Source of the DNA: an uncultured Gemmatimonadaceae bacterium | GTDB lineage: Bacteria > Gemmatimonadota > Gemmatimonadetes > Gemmatimonadales > Gemmatimonadaceae | Assembly: GCA_963716745.1 (NCBI GenBank) | Contig: OY970320.1 | Span: 2,624,001 to 2,688,000, forward strand | Direction: 5' to 3' | DNA: 64,000 nt | In this document: positions 45,857 to 55,855 of the stretch, piece by piece | How the letters are laid out: every line of letters begins with the position of its first letter | How positions within the stretch are numbered: position 1 is the first letter of the stretch | Position numbers and translations under genes: made by a program | Notes under the pieces: generated by a model | The model's database searches: none | Told to the model about the DNA's origin: nothing | The model's input: the letters and a program-made list of their open reading frames with translations, nothing else

Positions 45857-47364
45857 GGATCGGCCTCGCATTCGTGGCCGCGCTGGCGAGCGTGGCGTTC
45901 GCCGCGCGCGCGCAACAGCCGGCCGTGTTCCCGCACGCGGCGCACGCCAAGGTGTTCCCGTCGTGCACGGGGTGCCACGCCGGCATCGTGAGTGGCGATG
46001 CGAAGACCGTGTTCCCGGCGCCGCAGGCATGCGCCGGATGTCACGACGGACAGCAGACCGTCGAGGGGCGCGTGCTCAAGCCGGTGGCGTACACCGGTGG
46101 GAAATACCTCGTGACGAACTTGAAGTTCTCGCACGTGGATCACGCGCGCGAGACGAACACTACCGGGAGCACGCGCGCGTGCGTGAGCTGTCACCAGCTG
46201 CCGGGTACCACCGAGTTCATGGCGGTGAGCGGTCCGGTACCGTCGGAATGCCTTGCGTGTCACGCGCACGAGGCGCCGAGCCATCTCGCCGACGTAGCGC
46301 AGTGCCGCACATGCCACGTGCCGCTCGCGAGCGCGACGTCGCTCAGTGCTGATGCGATCGCAGGATTCCCAAAGCCGGCGTCGCACGACGCGCCGGGATT
46401 CCTCTCGTCGCATGCGCCGCAGGACAGCGCGGCCGTCGCGCGCTGCGCCGTGTGCCACACGCAGGAGAGCTGCGCGCGTTGTCACATGCAGCCGCCCGCG
46501 ACCGCGCAGATCGCGATGCTCGGCAATAGCGCCATGGTGGCGCAAGCGATCGCGGGCAAGCATGCGGTTTATCCGGTGCCGGCGAGTCACGCCGCGAACG
46601 ATTTCGCGGCGACGCACGGCGCCGCGGCGACGGCGAATCCGGCGTCGTGCGCGAATTGTCACGCACAGGCGAGTTGCAAGACGTGCCACCTGCAGCTCGG
46701 CGCGCGCGCCGTGATCGCACAGTTGCCCACGCCGGCGCCGGGACACGCGCAGGGTGTGCAGCTGCGCAGCGCGAGTGATTTCGCGCTGTTCGCGGCCGTC
46801 GCGTTCCGTGCGCCGTCCAAGAATCCGGCGCGCGGCCGGCCCGACATCTGGACCGTGCGCGTGCACGATCCCGGCTTCTCAAGGAATCACCGCGCCGCCG
46901 CGGCGTCGGCCACGCAGAATTGTCTCGGCTGCCACCAGAAATCGTACTGCGCCGATTGTCACGACGGCGTGGGCAAGCTGAAGTACCATTCCGCGGATTT
47001 CGCGATGGGCCACGCCGCGCAGGCGTACGGCCGCGAGCAGGACTGCGCGAGTTGCCACAATACGCAGGCGTTCTGCCTCACGTGCCACCAGAACCTCGGG
47101 CTCGGCTCGACGGGCCGCGCGGACGGGTCGGTGCACAACGCGTCCGCGAACTGGCTGTTGCAGCACGGCGAAGCGGCGCGGCTGTCGCTGCCGAACTGCA
47201 TTACGTGCCACAAGCAGAGCGACTGCATCAAGTGCCACTCCACCACCACGTGGGGGATCAATCCGCACGGGCCGGACTTCAACGCGGATCGCATGGCGAA
47301 GGCCAACACGCAGATCTGCTACTACTGCCACGTGACGAATCCGGTGGCGAACAAGACACACTAG
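45853..47364 (+). CDS. Periplasmic multiheme cytochrome c, 16 CxxCH
   Basis: Intact 503-aa ORF; Sec signal ending ARA; 16 CxxCH counted. Confidence 0.92.
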   Translation: MRIGLAFVAALASVAFAARAQQPAVFPHAAHAKVFPSCTGCHAGIVSGDAKTVFPAPQACAGCHDGQQTVEGRVLKPVAYTGGKYLVTNLKFSHVDHARETNTTGSTRACVSCHQLPGTTEFMAVSGPVPSECLACHAHEAPSHLADVAQCRTCHVPLASATSLSADAIAGFPKPASHDAPGFLSSHAPQDSAAVARCAVCHTQESCARCHMQPPATAQIAMLGNSAMVAQAIAGKHAVYPVPASHAANDFAATHGAAATANPASCANCHAQASCKTCHLQLGARAVIAQLPTPAPGHAQGVQLRSASDFALFAAVAFRAPSKNPARGRPDIWTVRVHDPGFSRNHRAAAASATQNCLGCHQKSYCADCHDGVGKLKYHSADFAMGHAAQAYGREQDCASCHNTQAFCLTCHQNLGLGSTGRADGSVHNASANWLLQHGEAARLSLPNCITCHKQSDCIKCHSTTTWGINPHGPDFNADRMAKANTQICYYCHVTNPVANKTH

Positions 47365-47389
47365 GCGTTGGCGCGCTTGGGACATCGCG

Positions 47390-47858
47390 CCGCCGGTCGC
47401 GGCGCCGTCTCCGGCTAGGCCGCTTTCGCTCAAACCGCTTCGAGCCTCGCGCAGACTGCGCGCGAGTCTCTCGCTTTTCGCTATCGCGGCTGCGCCGGAG
47501 GCGACGCCGCTCCCTGCGATCGATCGAGGGTGCGCATGCGAGCTACGACTGCAATGCTGCGCCCGTTCGCCCTTGAGCGCGTGGAAGAAGTCAGCGGCGC
47601 GCGATTCGCGCGCGATCGGCCCATGCGCGCGGGCCGTGCGGGGGGAAGGTATCGCGCGCTGCGCCCCAGTCGCGCTCGCTTCGCGAAGAAGGCGCACCGG
47701 TCGCCGGTGCCCCAGGCGGACCATGATCGAGGAGAGGGAGCGAGCCAGCGCCGGCGCAGCCGCGGCAGCGAAAAGCGAGAGACTCGCGCGCAGTCTGCGC
47801 GAGGCTCGAAGCGGTTTGAGCGAAAGCGGCCTAGCTGGCGCTGGCCCGCGACCGGCGG
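47390..47858. repeat. Long inverted repeat (69-bp perfect core, ~105-bp arms) around a ~250-bp spacer; MITE-like
   Basis: 47414-47482 is the exact reverse complement of 47767-47835. Confidence 0.9.
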
Positions 47859-47867
47859 CGCAACAGT

Positions 47868-48563
47868 CTATGACGCCGCGTGCTCGGCGAGCGCGAGATC
47901 CTCGCGGCGCACGGAGCGCAGCGCGAGTGAGAACACGGAGCCGAACGCGCGCGCGACTTCGGCGCGCACCTGTGCATCATCGGCGCGAGCTACGCCGAGC
48001 TCGCGGGCGATGGAGGTCATCGTGACGTCGGGGATCCCGCACGGGACGATGAGTTCGAAGTAACTGAGGTCCGTGTTCACATTGAGCGCGAAGCCGTGCC
48101 ATGTGACCCAGTCGCGCGCGTGCACGCCGATGGACGCGATCTTCCGCCCGCGCGTCCACACGCCGGTCTTGCCCGAGTTCCGCTCAGCGGGAATGCCGAG
48201 CGCGCCGAGTGCGACGATGAGCGCCTCTTCCACCTGGCGCAGGTACCAGTGGAGATCCTGCTTGTGCCGCTTGAGGTCGACGATCGGATAGCCGACGAGC
48301 TGCCCCGGCCCGTGGAAGGTGATGTCCCCGCCGCGCTCCACTTCGAACACCTCCACGCCGCGCGCGCGCAGCGCCTCCGGCGTCGCGAGCATGTTCGCTT
48401 CCTTCGCGGTGCGCCCGAGGGTGACGACCGGCGGATGTTCGAGCAGGATGAGCAGGTCTTCGGCGATCTCGCCCGAGATCCGCGCGCGCGCCGCAGCGCG
48501 CTGGAATTCCAGCGCCTCGCCATACGGCACGAGCCCGAGCTCCGCCACGAGCAGGTCACGCAT
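47868..48563 (-). CDS. lipB: Lipoyl(octanoyl) transferase
   Basis: EHPPVVTLG, RGGDITFHGPGQLVGYP, HGFALN, IVPCG. Confidence 0.96.
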   Translation of the reverse strand: MRDLLVAELGLVPYGEALEFQRAAARARISGEIAEDLLILLEHPPVVTLGRTAKEANMLATPEALRARGVEVFEVERGGDITFHGPGQLVGYPIVDLKRHKQDLHWYLRQVEEALIVALGALGIPAERNSGKTGVWTRGRKIASIGVHARDWVTWHGFALNVNTDLSYFELIVPCGIPDVTMTSIARELGVARADDAQVRAEVARAFGSVFSLALRSVRREDLALAEHAAS

Positions 48564-49957
48564 CGGTCATGCGACCCATCGAGTCGAGCGCCGCCTGCGC
48601 CACCGCCTCCGCCATGGTCGGATGCGCATGGATCGCCAACTCGATCTCTTCAACGGTCAGCTCGCTCTCGCGCGCCACCGCCAGCTCGTGAATGAGTTCC
48701 GTCGCATGCGCGCCGATGATGTGCGCGCCCAGGATCTCGCCGTACTTCGCGTCGCGAATGATCTTCACGAAGCCCTCGGTCTCGCCCGCGGTGCGCGCGC
48801 GCCCGCTCGCCATGAAGGGGAACTTGCCCACCTTGTACGCGATCCCCTTGTCCTTCACCTGCTGCTCGGTCATCCCGATGGACGCGACCTCGGGATGGCA
48901 GTACGTCGCGCCCGGGATGTTCCCGTAGTTCACCGGATGCGACTCGTGTCCCGCGATCAGCTCCACGGCCACGACACCCTCGCGCGAGCCCTTGTGCGCG
49001 AGCATCGGCGGGCCGGCCACATCGCCGATGGCGTAGATGCCCTTGGCGGTCGTCTCCATGCGCTCGTTGATCTTGATGAAGCCGCGATCGGTGAGCTGCA
49101 CGCCGGCTTCCTTGAGCCCAATGTTCTCGACGTTCGGCGCGCGCCCCGCGGCCACGAGCACTCTCTCCACGGTGATCTCCTTCTTCTCCGGCGCGTCGAG
49201 CACGAGGGTCACGCTGTCCTTGCCCACTTTCGTGCTCGAGATGCGCGCGCCCGTGATGATCTCGATCTTCCGCTTGCGGAAGCTCTTCGCGAGTTCGGCG
49301 CCCACCTCGGCGTCCTCCACCGGCAGCAGCGTCGGCAGCACTTCGATCAGCGTGACCTGCGTGCCGAAACTCGTGAACACGTCCGCGAACTCGCACGCCC
49401 ACGGCGCCGGCGCCGATCACGGCCATCGTCTTCGGCGCTTTCTCGGCGATCAGCACTTCGTCGCTCGAGAGCACTGTGCTCTTGTTAATCTCGAGCCCGA
49501 TCTGCGGCAGCCCCTTCACGCGCGAACCGGTCGAGATGATCACGGCCTTCGTGGCGTCGTGCTTCTCCGTCTTCCCATCGGCGGTCTTCACGTTCACGGA
49601 CTTGCCGCCCGCCAGCGTGCCGGTGCCCTTGATCCAGGTGATCTTGTTCTTCTTGAAGAGGAACTCGACGCCCTTGGAATTCTGCAGGCTCACCGCGCGC
49701 GAGCGCTTCATGGCCACGCCGTAGTCGGTGGTCACCTCGCCCACGTTGACGCCGAACTCGGCCGCGTGCTTCAGGCGATTCGCGAGCGCCGCGCTCTCGA
49801 GGAGCGCCTTGGCCGGGATGCATCCCCAGAGCACGCAGGTGCCGCCGAGCCCTTCGCGCTCGACCATCGCGACGTTGAGCCCGAGCTGTGCGCCGCGGAT
49901 CGCGCCGACGTAGCCGGCGGGCCCGCCGCCAATGAAGATCACATCATAGGTCGCCAT
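48556..49957 (-). CDS. lpdA: Dihydrolipoyl dehydrogenase; frameshift near 49400
   Basis: [26 protein letters not shown]. Confidence 0.95.
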
Positions 49958-49984
49958 GAGAGATTCCGGCCGGAGTTGGTGTGG

Positions 49985-51265
49985 TTAGTAGACGAGCATG
50001 AGCGGGTTCTCGAGCAGGCGCCGCAGCGTTTGCAGGAATTTCGCGCCCGTGGCGCCGTCGATCGCGCGATGGTCGCAACTCATCGTGACGCGCAGATGTT
50101 TTGCGACGGCAACGGCGCCGTCGATCACGACCGGCACATCGCTCACCGCGCCGATCGCGAGGATGCCGCGTCTCGGGCGGATTGATGATCGCGGTGAACT
50201 GATCGATGCCGAACATGCCGAGATTCGAAACGGAGAACGTCGAGCCAGTGTATTCCTCGGGCTTGAGCTTGCGGTCGCGCGCGCGTGCGGCGAGCTCGCG
50301 CGATTCCTTCGCGATCTCGCGCAGACGCTTCTGGTCGGCGTCGAAGATCACCGGCGTGATGAGACCGTCCGTCGGATCGCGACCGCCATGCCGAGGTGCA
50401 CGCGGTTGAAGCGGCGGATCTTGTCGCCGAGCCAATGCGCGTTGACTTCGGGGTGCTGCGCGAGCGCGGTGGCGGTGGCCTTCAGGATGATGTCGTTGAA
50501 GGACACCTTGAACTCGTCGCCCACCTCGGCCATCGCGGAGCGCATTTCGGCGACGCGACTGAGATCGAACTCGGCGGTGAGGTAGAACGTCGGGATCGGT
50601 CCGATCGATTCCGCGAGGCGGCGGGCAATGGTCTTGCGCAACTGACTCAGCGGCACGTCTTCGAAGCCAACGCCAGGGGCGGACTGTCGGCTGTTGGCTG
50701 TCGCAGGCGACTGCGACTGCGTGCCGGCGGATTCGATGTCGCGCTTGATGATGCGGCCGCCGGGGCCGGAGCCCTGGAGCTGGTCGAGTGCGACGCCGCG
50801 TTCGCTCGCGAGACGACGCGCGAGGGGCGAACTCCGCAGGCGTCCGCCGGATTCCGCGGCGTGTGGCGCTTGCTCGGTGCGAGCGGCCGCGGGAGTGGAG
50901 GGCGGCGCCGCGGGCGCGGGAGGAGGCGATGCTGGTCTCGGCGGCGCGGTCGGAGTGGGAGCGGGCGCGGCGGCCGCAGCAGGCGCGGGGGCGGCGGCGC
51001 TGCCGGCGATCGCGTCGATGTTCTCGTCGGGGGTGCCGACGATCGCGAGGAGTTCGCCCACCGGGCGCGTCTCCCCTTCGGCGGCGATGATCTTGCGCAT
51101 CACGCCGTCGCCGCGCGCGACGATCTCCATCACCGCCTTGTCGGTCTCCACCTCGGCGAGCACTTCGCCCTTCGTGACCTTGTCGCCCTCCTTCTTGGTC
51201 CACTTCACCAGCTTGCCTTCTTCCATGGTGGGAGAAAGCGCTTCCATCACGACTTTGGTGGCCAT
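49985..51265 (-). CDS. pdhC: Pyruvate dehydrogenase E2 dihydrolipoamide acetyltransferase; frameshifts ~50375 and ~50170
   Basis: Lipoyl [29 protein letters not shown]. Confidence 0.93.
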
Positions 51266-51283
51266 GGCTAGACTCCCGCCGGC

Positions 51284-52261
51284 TTAGACATAGAGCACCT
51301 TCTTCACCGCCGCGATCGTCTTCGCGAGATCGGGCTTCGCGGCCTTCTCGAGATTCTTGGCGTACGGCATCGGCACGTCGGCCTGGTGCACGCGCACCAC
51401 CGGCGAGTCGAGATCGTCGAAGCATTCGCGCTGGATGAAATCCACCACCTGCGCGCCAATGCCGCAGATCTCCCAGCCTTCCTCCACCACCACCGCCCGG
51501 TTGGTCTTCTGCACCGAGGCGGCGATCGTCGCGACATCCATTGGACGAAGCGAGAGCAGGTCGATCACCTCGACCGAGATGTTCTCCTTCGCGAGCGCGT
51601 CGGCCGCCTGCTGCGCGACGAGCACCATCTTCCCGTACGAGATGATCGAGCAGTGGTCGCCCGCACGCTTCACCTGCGCCTTGCCGATCGGGATCGTGAA
51701 ATCGCCGTCGGGCACTTCGCCCTTCGTGTTATAGAGCATCTCGCCCTCGAGCACGATCACGGGATTGTCATCGCGGATCGCGGACTTCAGCAGCCCCTTC
51801 GCGTCGTACGGCGTACCAGGCGCCACCACCTTGAGTCCGGGAATGTGCGCGAGCCAGCCCTCCCACGCCTGCGAGTGCTGCGCCGAGAGTTGCAGCGCGG
51901 CGCCGTTGGGTCCGCGGAACACCATGGGAATGTTGTACTGGCCACCGCTCATGGAGAGCAGCTTCGCGGCCGCGTTCACGACCTGATCGAGCGCGAGGAG
52001 CGCGAAGTTCCACGTCATGAACTCGATCACGGGACGCAGTCCCACCATCGCCGCGCCAACGCCCACGCCGGCGAATCCGAGCTCGGTGATCGGCGTGTCC
52101 ACCACGCGCATCTCGCCGAATTCCTGCAGCAGCCCCTTGCTCACCTTGTACGCACCGTCGTACTCGCCCACTTCCTCACCCATGAGGAAGACGCGGTCGT
52201 CGCGCTGCATTTCTTCGCGGAGCGCCTGGTTGAGCGCATCGCGGTACGTGATGATCGCCAC
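51284..52261 (-). CDS. pdhB: Pyruvate dehydrogenase E1 beta
   Basis: [21 protein letters not shown]. Confidence 0.95.
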   Translation of the reverse strand: MAIITYRDALNQALREEMQRDDRVFLMGEEVGEYDGAYKVSKGLLQEFGEMRVVDTPITELGFAGVGVGAAMVGLRPVIEFMTWNFALLALDQVVNAAAKLLSMSGGQYNIPMVFRGPNGAALQLSAQHSQAWEGWLAHIPGLKVVAPGTPYDAKGLLKSAIRDDNPVIVLEGEMLYNTKGEVPDGDFTIPIGKAQVKRAGDHCSIISYGKMVLVAQQAADALAKENISVEVIDLLSLRPMDVATIAASVQKTNRAVVVEEGWEICGIGAQVVDFIQRECFDDLDSPVVRVHQADVPMPYAKNLEKAAKPDLAKTIAAVKKVLYV

Positions 52262-52263
52262 GG

Positions 52264-53292
52264 TCAGCCCGCCACCGGGGCCGCGTGGCCCCTATCGCTG
52301 GTGGTGTCGGTGGTGATGTCCTCCCAGAGCGCCTCCACCGGCGGCTCGGGGCTCGCGTCGGCGAATTGCCACGCGTCCTCGCACACCGCTTTTACTTCTT
52401 CGTCCATCTTCGCGTAGTCGGCGTCGGACCACTCGCCGTTCTCCTGCATCTCGGCCTTGAGCACCATGATCGGATCGCGCTTCATCTCGCGATCGAGCTC
52501 TTCCTTGCTGCGATACGTGCCGCTCACCGCGTCGGACATCGAGTGTCCCATGAAGCGGTACGTCTGGATCTCGAGCAGCGTGGGCGTGTTCTCGCGGCGG
52601 GCGCGCTCTACGGCGCGCATCGTCGCCTCGCGCACCGCCATCACATTCTGCCCGTCCACCGCTTCCTCGGGCATGTCGTACGAGTGCGCGCGCGTGGAGA
52701 TGTCCACCACCGCGCTGGCGCGCTCGAGCGCCGTGCCCATGCCGTAGCGGTTGTTCTCGATGACGAAGATCACCGGCAGCTTCCAGAGCGCCGCCATGTT
52801 CAGCGATTCGTGGAACGCGCCGGTATTCACGACCGACTCGCCGAAGAAGCACACGCACACCTGGTCGCCGCCGCGATACTTGATCGCGAAGCCGACGCCC
52901 GTGGCGAGCGGGAGATGGCCGCCCACGATCCCGTGGCCGCCCAGGAAATTCACGTTGCGGTCGAACAAGTGCATCGAGCCGCCCTTGCCCTTGGAGCAGC
53001 CGTCGGCGCGGCCGAACAACTCGGCCATGATCGCGCGCGGCGGGATCCCCTTCGCGAGCGCCTGGCCGTGCTCGCGATAGCTCGCGATCACATAGTCATC
53101 ATTGCGCAGCGCGGAGGTGACGCCGGCGCCGACGCCTTCCTGTCCAATGTAGAGGTGGCAGAAGCCGCCGATCTTTCCGAGCGCGTACGCCTCGCCCACG
53201 CGCTCTTCGAACCGGCGCATGAGCATCATCTCGCGGAGCAACGCGCGGCGGAGGGGGGCGGCATCGGCCGCGTCGTTCTTCTTCTTTGCCAT
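52264..53292 (-). CDS. pdhA: Pyruvate dehydrogenase E1 alpha
   Basis: GFCHLYIGQE, GKGGSMH, YRFMGHSMSD. Confidence 0.96.
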   Translation of the reverse strand: MAKKKNDAADAAPLRRALLREMMLMRRFEERVGEAYALGKIGGFCHLYIGQEGVGAGVTSALRNDDYVIASYREHGQALAKGIPPRAIMAELFGRADGCSKGKGGSMHLFDRNVNFLGGHGIVGGHLPLATGVGFAIKYRGGDQVCVCFFGESVVNTGAFHESLNMAALWKLPVIFVIENNRYGMGTALERASAVVDISTRAHSYDMPEEAVDGQNVMAVREATMRAVERARRENTPTLLEIQTYRFMGHSMSDAVSGTYRSKEELDREMKRDPIMVLKAEMQENGEWSDADYAKMDEEVKAVCEDAWQFADASPEPPVEALWEDITTDTTSDRGHAAPVAG

Positions 53293-53325
53293 GTGTGTGG
53301 TTGGTGGACCGTGGCCAGGCCGCGG

Positions 53326-54240
53326 CTAGACGCCCGCGGCCTGCACTTGCTCCCAGGCGTGATAGCTGGAGCGGACGAGCGGCGCCGACTCAACGTGGCG
53401 GAAACCCATCGCCATGCCGGCGTCGCGCAGCGCGCGGAACTCGTCCGGAGTGTAGTAGCGGTCGAGCGGGTGGTGATCGGCCGACGGGCGCAGATACTGG
53501 CCGAGGGTGAGGATGTCGACGTCGACCTTGCGCAGGTCGCGCATGACGGCGAGCACCTCTTCGGTGGTCTCGCCCATGCCGAGGATCATACCGGTCTTGG
53601 TCGGAACGTCGGGGGCGATGCGCTTGGCGAGCGCGAAGATCTCCATGACGCGCTCGTAGCGGCCGCCGGGCCGGCATTTCTTATAGAGGCGCGGGACGGT
53701 CTCGGTGTTGTGATTGTAGATGTCAGGGCGCGCTTCGAGCACGGTGCGAATGGACGCCTCGTTCCCCTGGAAGTCGGGGACGAGCACCTCAACCGAGCAG
53801 CCCGGGAGTTTCGCGCGGATCTGCCGGATGGTCTCGGCGAAGATGAACGCGCCGAAGTCGGGGAGGTCGTCGCGGTCCACCGAGGTGATGACGGCGTGCT
53901 GCAGCTGCATCTCGGCGATCGCGGACGCGACACGCGCCGGTTCACCAATGTCGTACTTGGGCGGACGGCCATGCGCGACGGCGCAATAGGCGCAGTTCCG
54001 CGTGCAGACGTCGCCGAGGATCATGAACGACGCCGTGCCGTGTTCCCAGCACTCGCCGACGTTGGGGCAGTGGGCTTCTTCGCACACCGTGTGCAGATCG
54101 AGGTCGCGCATGAGATGCTTGAGGCGCGAATAATTGGGACCGCCGGGTGCTCTGACTTTGAGCCACGACGGCTTCCGCTCGGGGAGCGGATCGGCCCGGT
54201 GGCGGCCCATTATCTGATACAGGATTTCTCCCATGGTCAT
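53326..54240 (-). CDS. lipA: Lipoyl synthase
   Basis: CEEAHCPNVGEC, CTRNCAYC, RSSYHA. Confidence 0.97.
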   Translation of the reverse strand: MTMGEILYQIMGRHRADPLPERKPSWLKVRAPGGPNYSRLKHLMRDLDLHTVCEEAHCPNVGECWEHGTASFMILGDVCTRNCAYCAVAHGRPPKYDIGEPARVASAIAEMQLQHAVITSVDRDDLPDFGAFIFAETIRQIRAKLPGCSVEVLVPDFQGNEASIRTVLEARPDIYNHNTETVPRLYKKCRPGGRYERVMEIFALAKRIAPDVPTKTGMILGMGETTEEVLAVMRDLRKVDVDILTLGQYLRPSADHHPLDRYYTPDEFRALRDAGMAMGFRHVESAPLVRSSYHAWEQVQAAGV

Positions 54241-54276
54241 GAAGCTAAAGGCCCGTGTCGCAGAGTGCTATAGTAC

Positions 54277-54367
54277 ATAACCGTTAAAACAGTATTTAGC
54301 GGTTAATCATATCTTCTAAGTCATGTAAATCCTGTCAAATGCATTTGACAGGATCAACATGACTTAG
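54277..54367. promoter_or_regulatory. AT-rich region with two palindromes upstream of lipA-pdh
   Basis: taaccgttaaa..tttagcggtta, and a 52-bp loopless palindrome 54316-54367 (24/26 matches). Confidence 0.55.
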
Positions 54368-55440
54368 TTGAAGAACCGCGTTGGAGAGAATGGGCTGAGG
54401 TCGTACCCCGGATCCTTCCCGGCCGCGAGGGCGGCGACAACGTCTCCGGTCAACGGAGCCATGAGGATCCCATTCCTGGAATGTCCGACAGCGTAGATCA
54501 CCGAGGGCACGTTGGCATCCCGTCCGATGATCGGTAGGGAGTCGGGTGTCATGGGTCGAAGACCGGCCCACTGGCGAATAGTGGCGGCGGCGCCGAGCGT
54601 GGGGCAGAGGGTGGCGGCGACGCCGCGCAGATGGGAGGCGGCTTCGGGCGTCGTGGCATTGTCGAATCCGGTGTGCTCAGAGGTCGAGCCGACGAAGGTC
54701 GTACCGTCGGCGCGGGGCACGATGTAGCCGTGTCCGGCGAATGTGACGTGGCGGAGGGGCGCTCCTTCGACGGCGAGCATCTGCCCGCGGAGGGGATGCA
54801 CCGGCATCGCGCTCGGCAGCCCGGCGAGCTGGGCGCTCCACGCTCCGGCCGCGATAACGACAGTACTGCCGCTATACTGGCGCCCAGAAGCGCAGGCGAC
54901 TTTCGGAGCGCCTCCCGCGATCTCGAGCGCTTCTGCGCACTCCGGGACCATCATGATGTTCGGCGCGTGCGAGGCGAACTCTCGCAGCGCGGCCGTGAGG
55001 GCCGCGTTGTCCACGGCGCCGTCGAACTCGTGGTAGAGCGCGCCGTGCGCGCGAGCCAGGGCCGGCTCGAGTTCGTGGAGGCGCGAGGGCCCGAGCCACT
55101 TCGTGCCCGGCGCGCGATCGCGCTGGAGAGAATCCGCCTCGCCCGGCGACTGCGCGAGTTGGAGGATGCCATTCCGGTCGAGCGGGATCCGCGCGCCGGT
55201 AGTGTGCGCTACCCAGTCGAGGAACGTGGTGTAGCGGTCCCGCGCGGCGACGGCGAACTCGTGCGCAGCGCCCGCGCTGGGCTCGACGCCCGGGGCGAGC
55301 ATGCCCGCCGCGGCGGGGGACGCTTCGCCCTCGCGTATCTCGCCGATCAGTGTCACTTTCAACCCACGTTCCGCGAGCGCGGCGGCGGAACAGAGGGCCA
55401 CCAGACCGTAACCGATTACGATCACACGATCATCGTTCAT
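54364..55440 (-). CDS. FAD-dependent oxidoreductase, glycine oxidase ThiO/DAO family
   Basis: ASPAAAGML, PLRGQML, WAGLRP, GHSRNGIL. Confidence 0.88.
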   Translation of the reverse strand: MNDDRVIVIGYGLVALCSAAALAERGLKVTLIGEIREGEASPAAAGMLAPGVEPSAGAAHEFAVAARDRYTTFLDWVAHTTGARIPLDRNGILQLAQSPGEADSLQRDRAPGTKWLGPSRLHELEPALARAHGALYHEFDGAVDNAALTAALREFASHAPNIMMVPECAEALEIAGGAPKVACASGRQYSGSTVVIAAGAWSAQLAGLPSAMPVHPLRGQMLAVEGAPLRHVTFAGHGYIVPRADGTTFVGSTSEHTGFDNATTPEAASHLRGVAATLCPTLGAAATIRQWAGLRPMTPDSLPIIGRDANVPSVIYAVGHSRNGILMAPLTGDVVAALAAGKDPGYDLSPFSPTRFFN

Positions 55441-55551
55441 GAAACACCCGGGCACGCTGACGCGTACATATATGCGAGCGACTGGACGAGCAGATCCCAC
55501 GGCCGATGACCGATGGCCGACGACCAGTCCATTATTTCGGAGAGGTACCCA

Positions 55552-55770
55552 ATGTTCCGCACTGTGATGGCGACTGGCGTGATGGCGATCATCGGGATCA
55601 TCGCGCTCAAGTTCATCTTCGGAGTCTTCGGCGGGCTCGTCGGCCTATTCTTCGTGTTGCTCTTCCTGGCTGTGAAGATCGCGATCATCGGGCTGATCGT
55701 ATACGTCGCGCTGCGGATCTTCATGCCCGCCACCGCCGACAAGATCAAAGAGAAAGCCACCGGCGCGTGA
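55552..55770 (+). CDS. Small membrane protein
   Basis: Hydrophobic ORF with RBS. Confidence 0.65.
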   Translation: MFRTVMATGVMAIIGIIALKFIFGVFGGLVGLFFVLLFLAVKIAIIGLIVYVALRIFMPATADKIKEKATGA

Positions 55771-55772
55771 GA

Positions 55773-55855
55773 CAGCCGTTAGCCGTTCGCCGTTAGACGC
55801 ACGACTCGGTACTCACGCCGCTAGAAACCCACGACTCGGCACTCACGCCGTTAGT
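55773..55855. repeat. Partial family A repeat plus (AGCCGTT)n
   Basis: acgactcggtactcacgccg twice. Confidence 0.75.
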
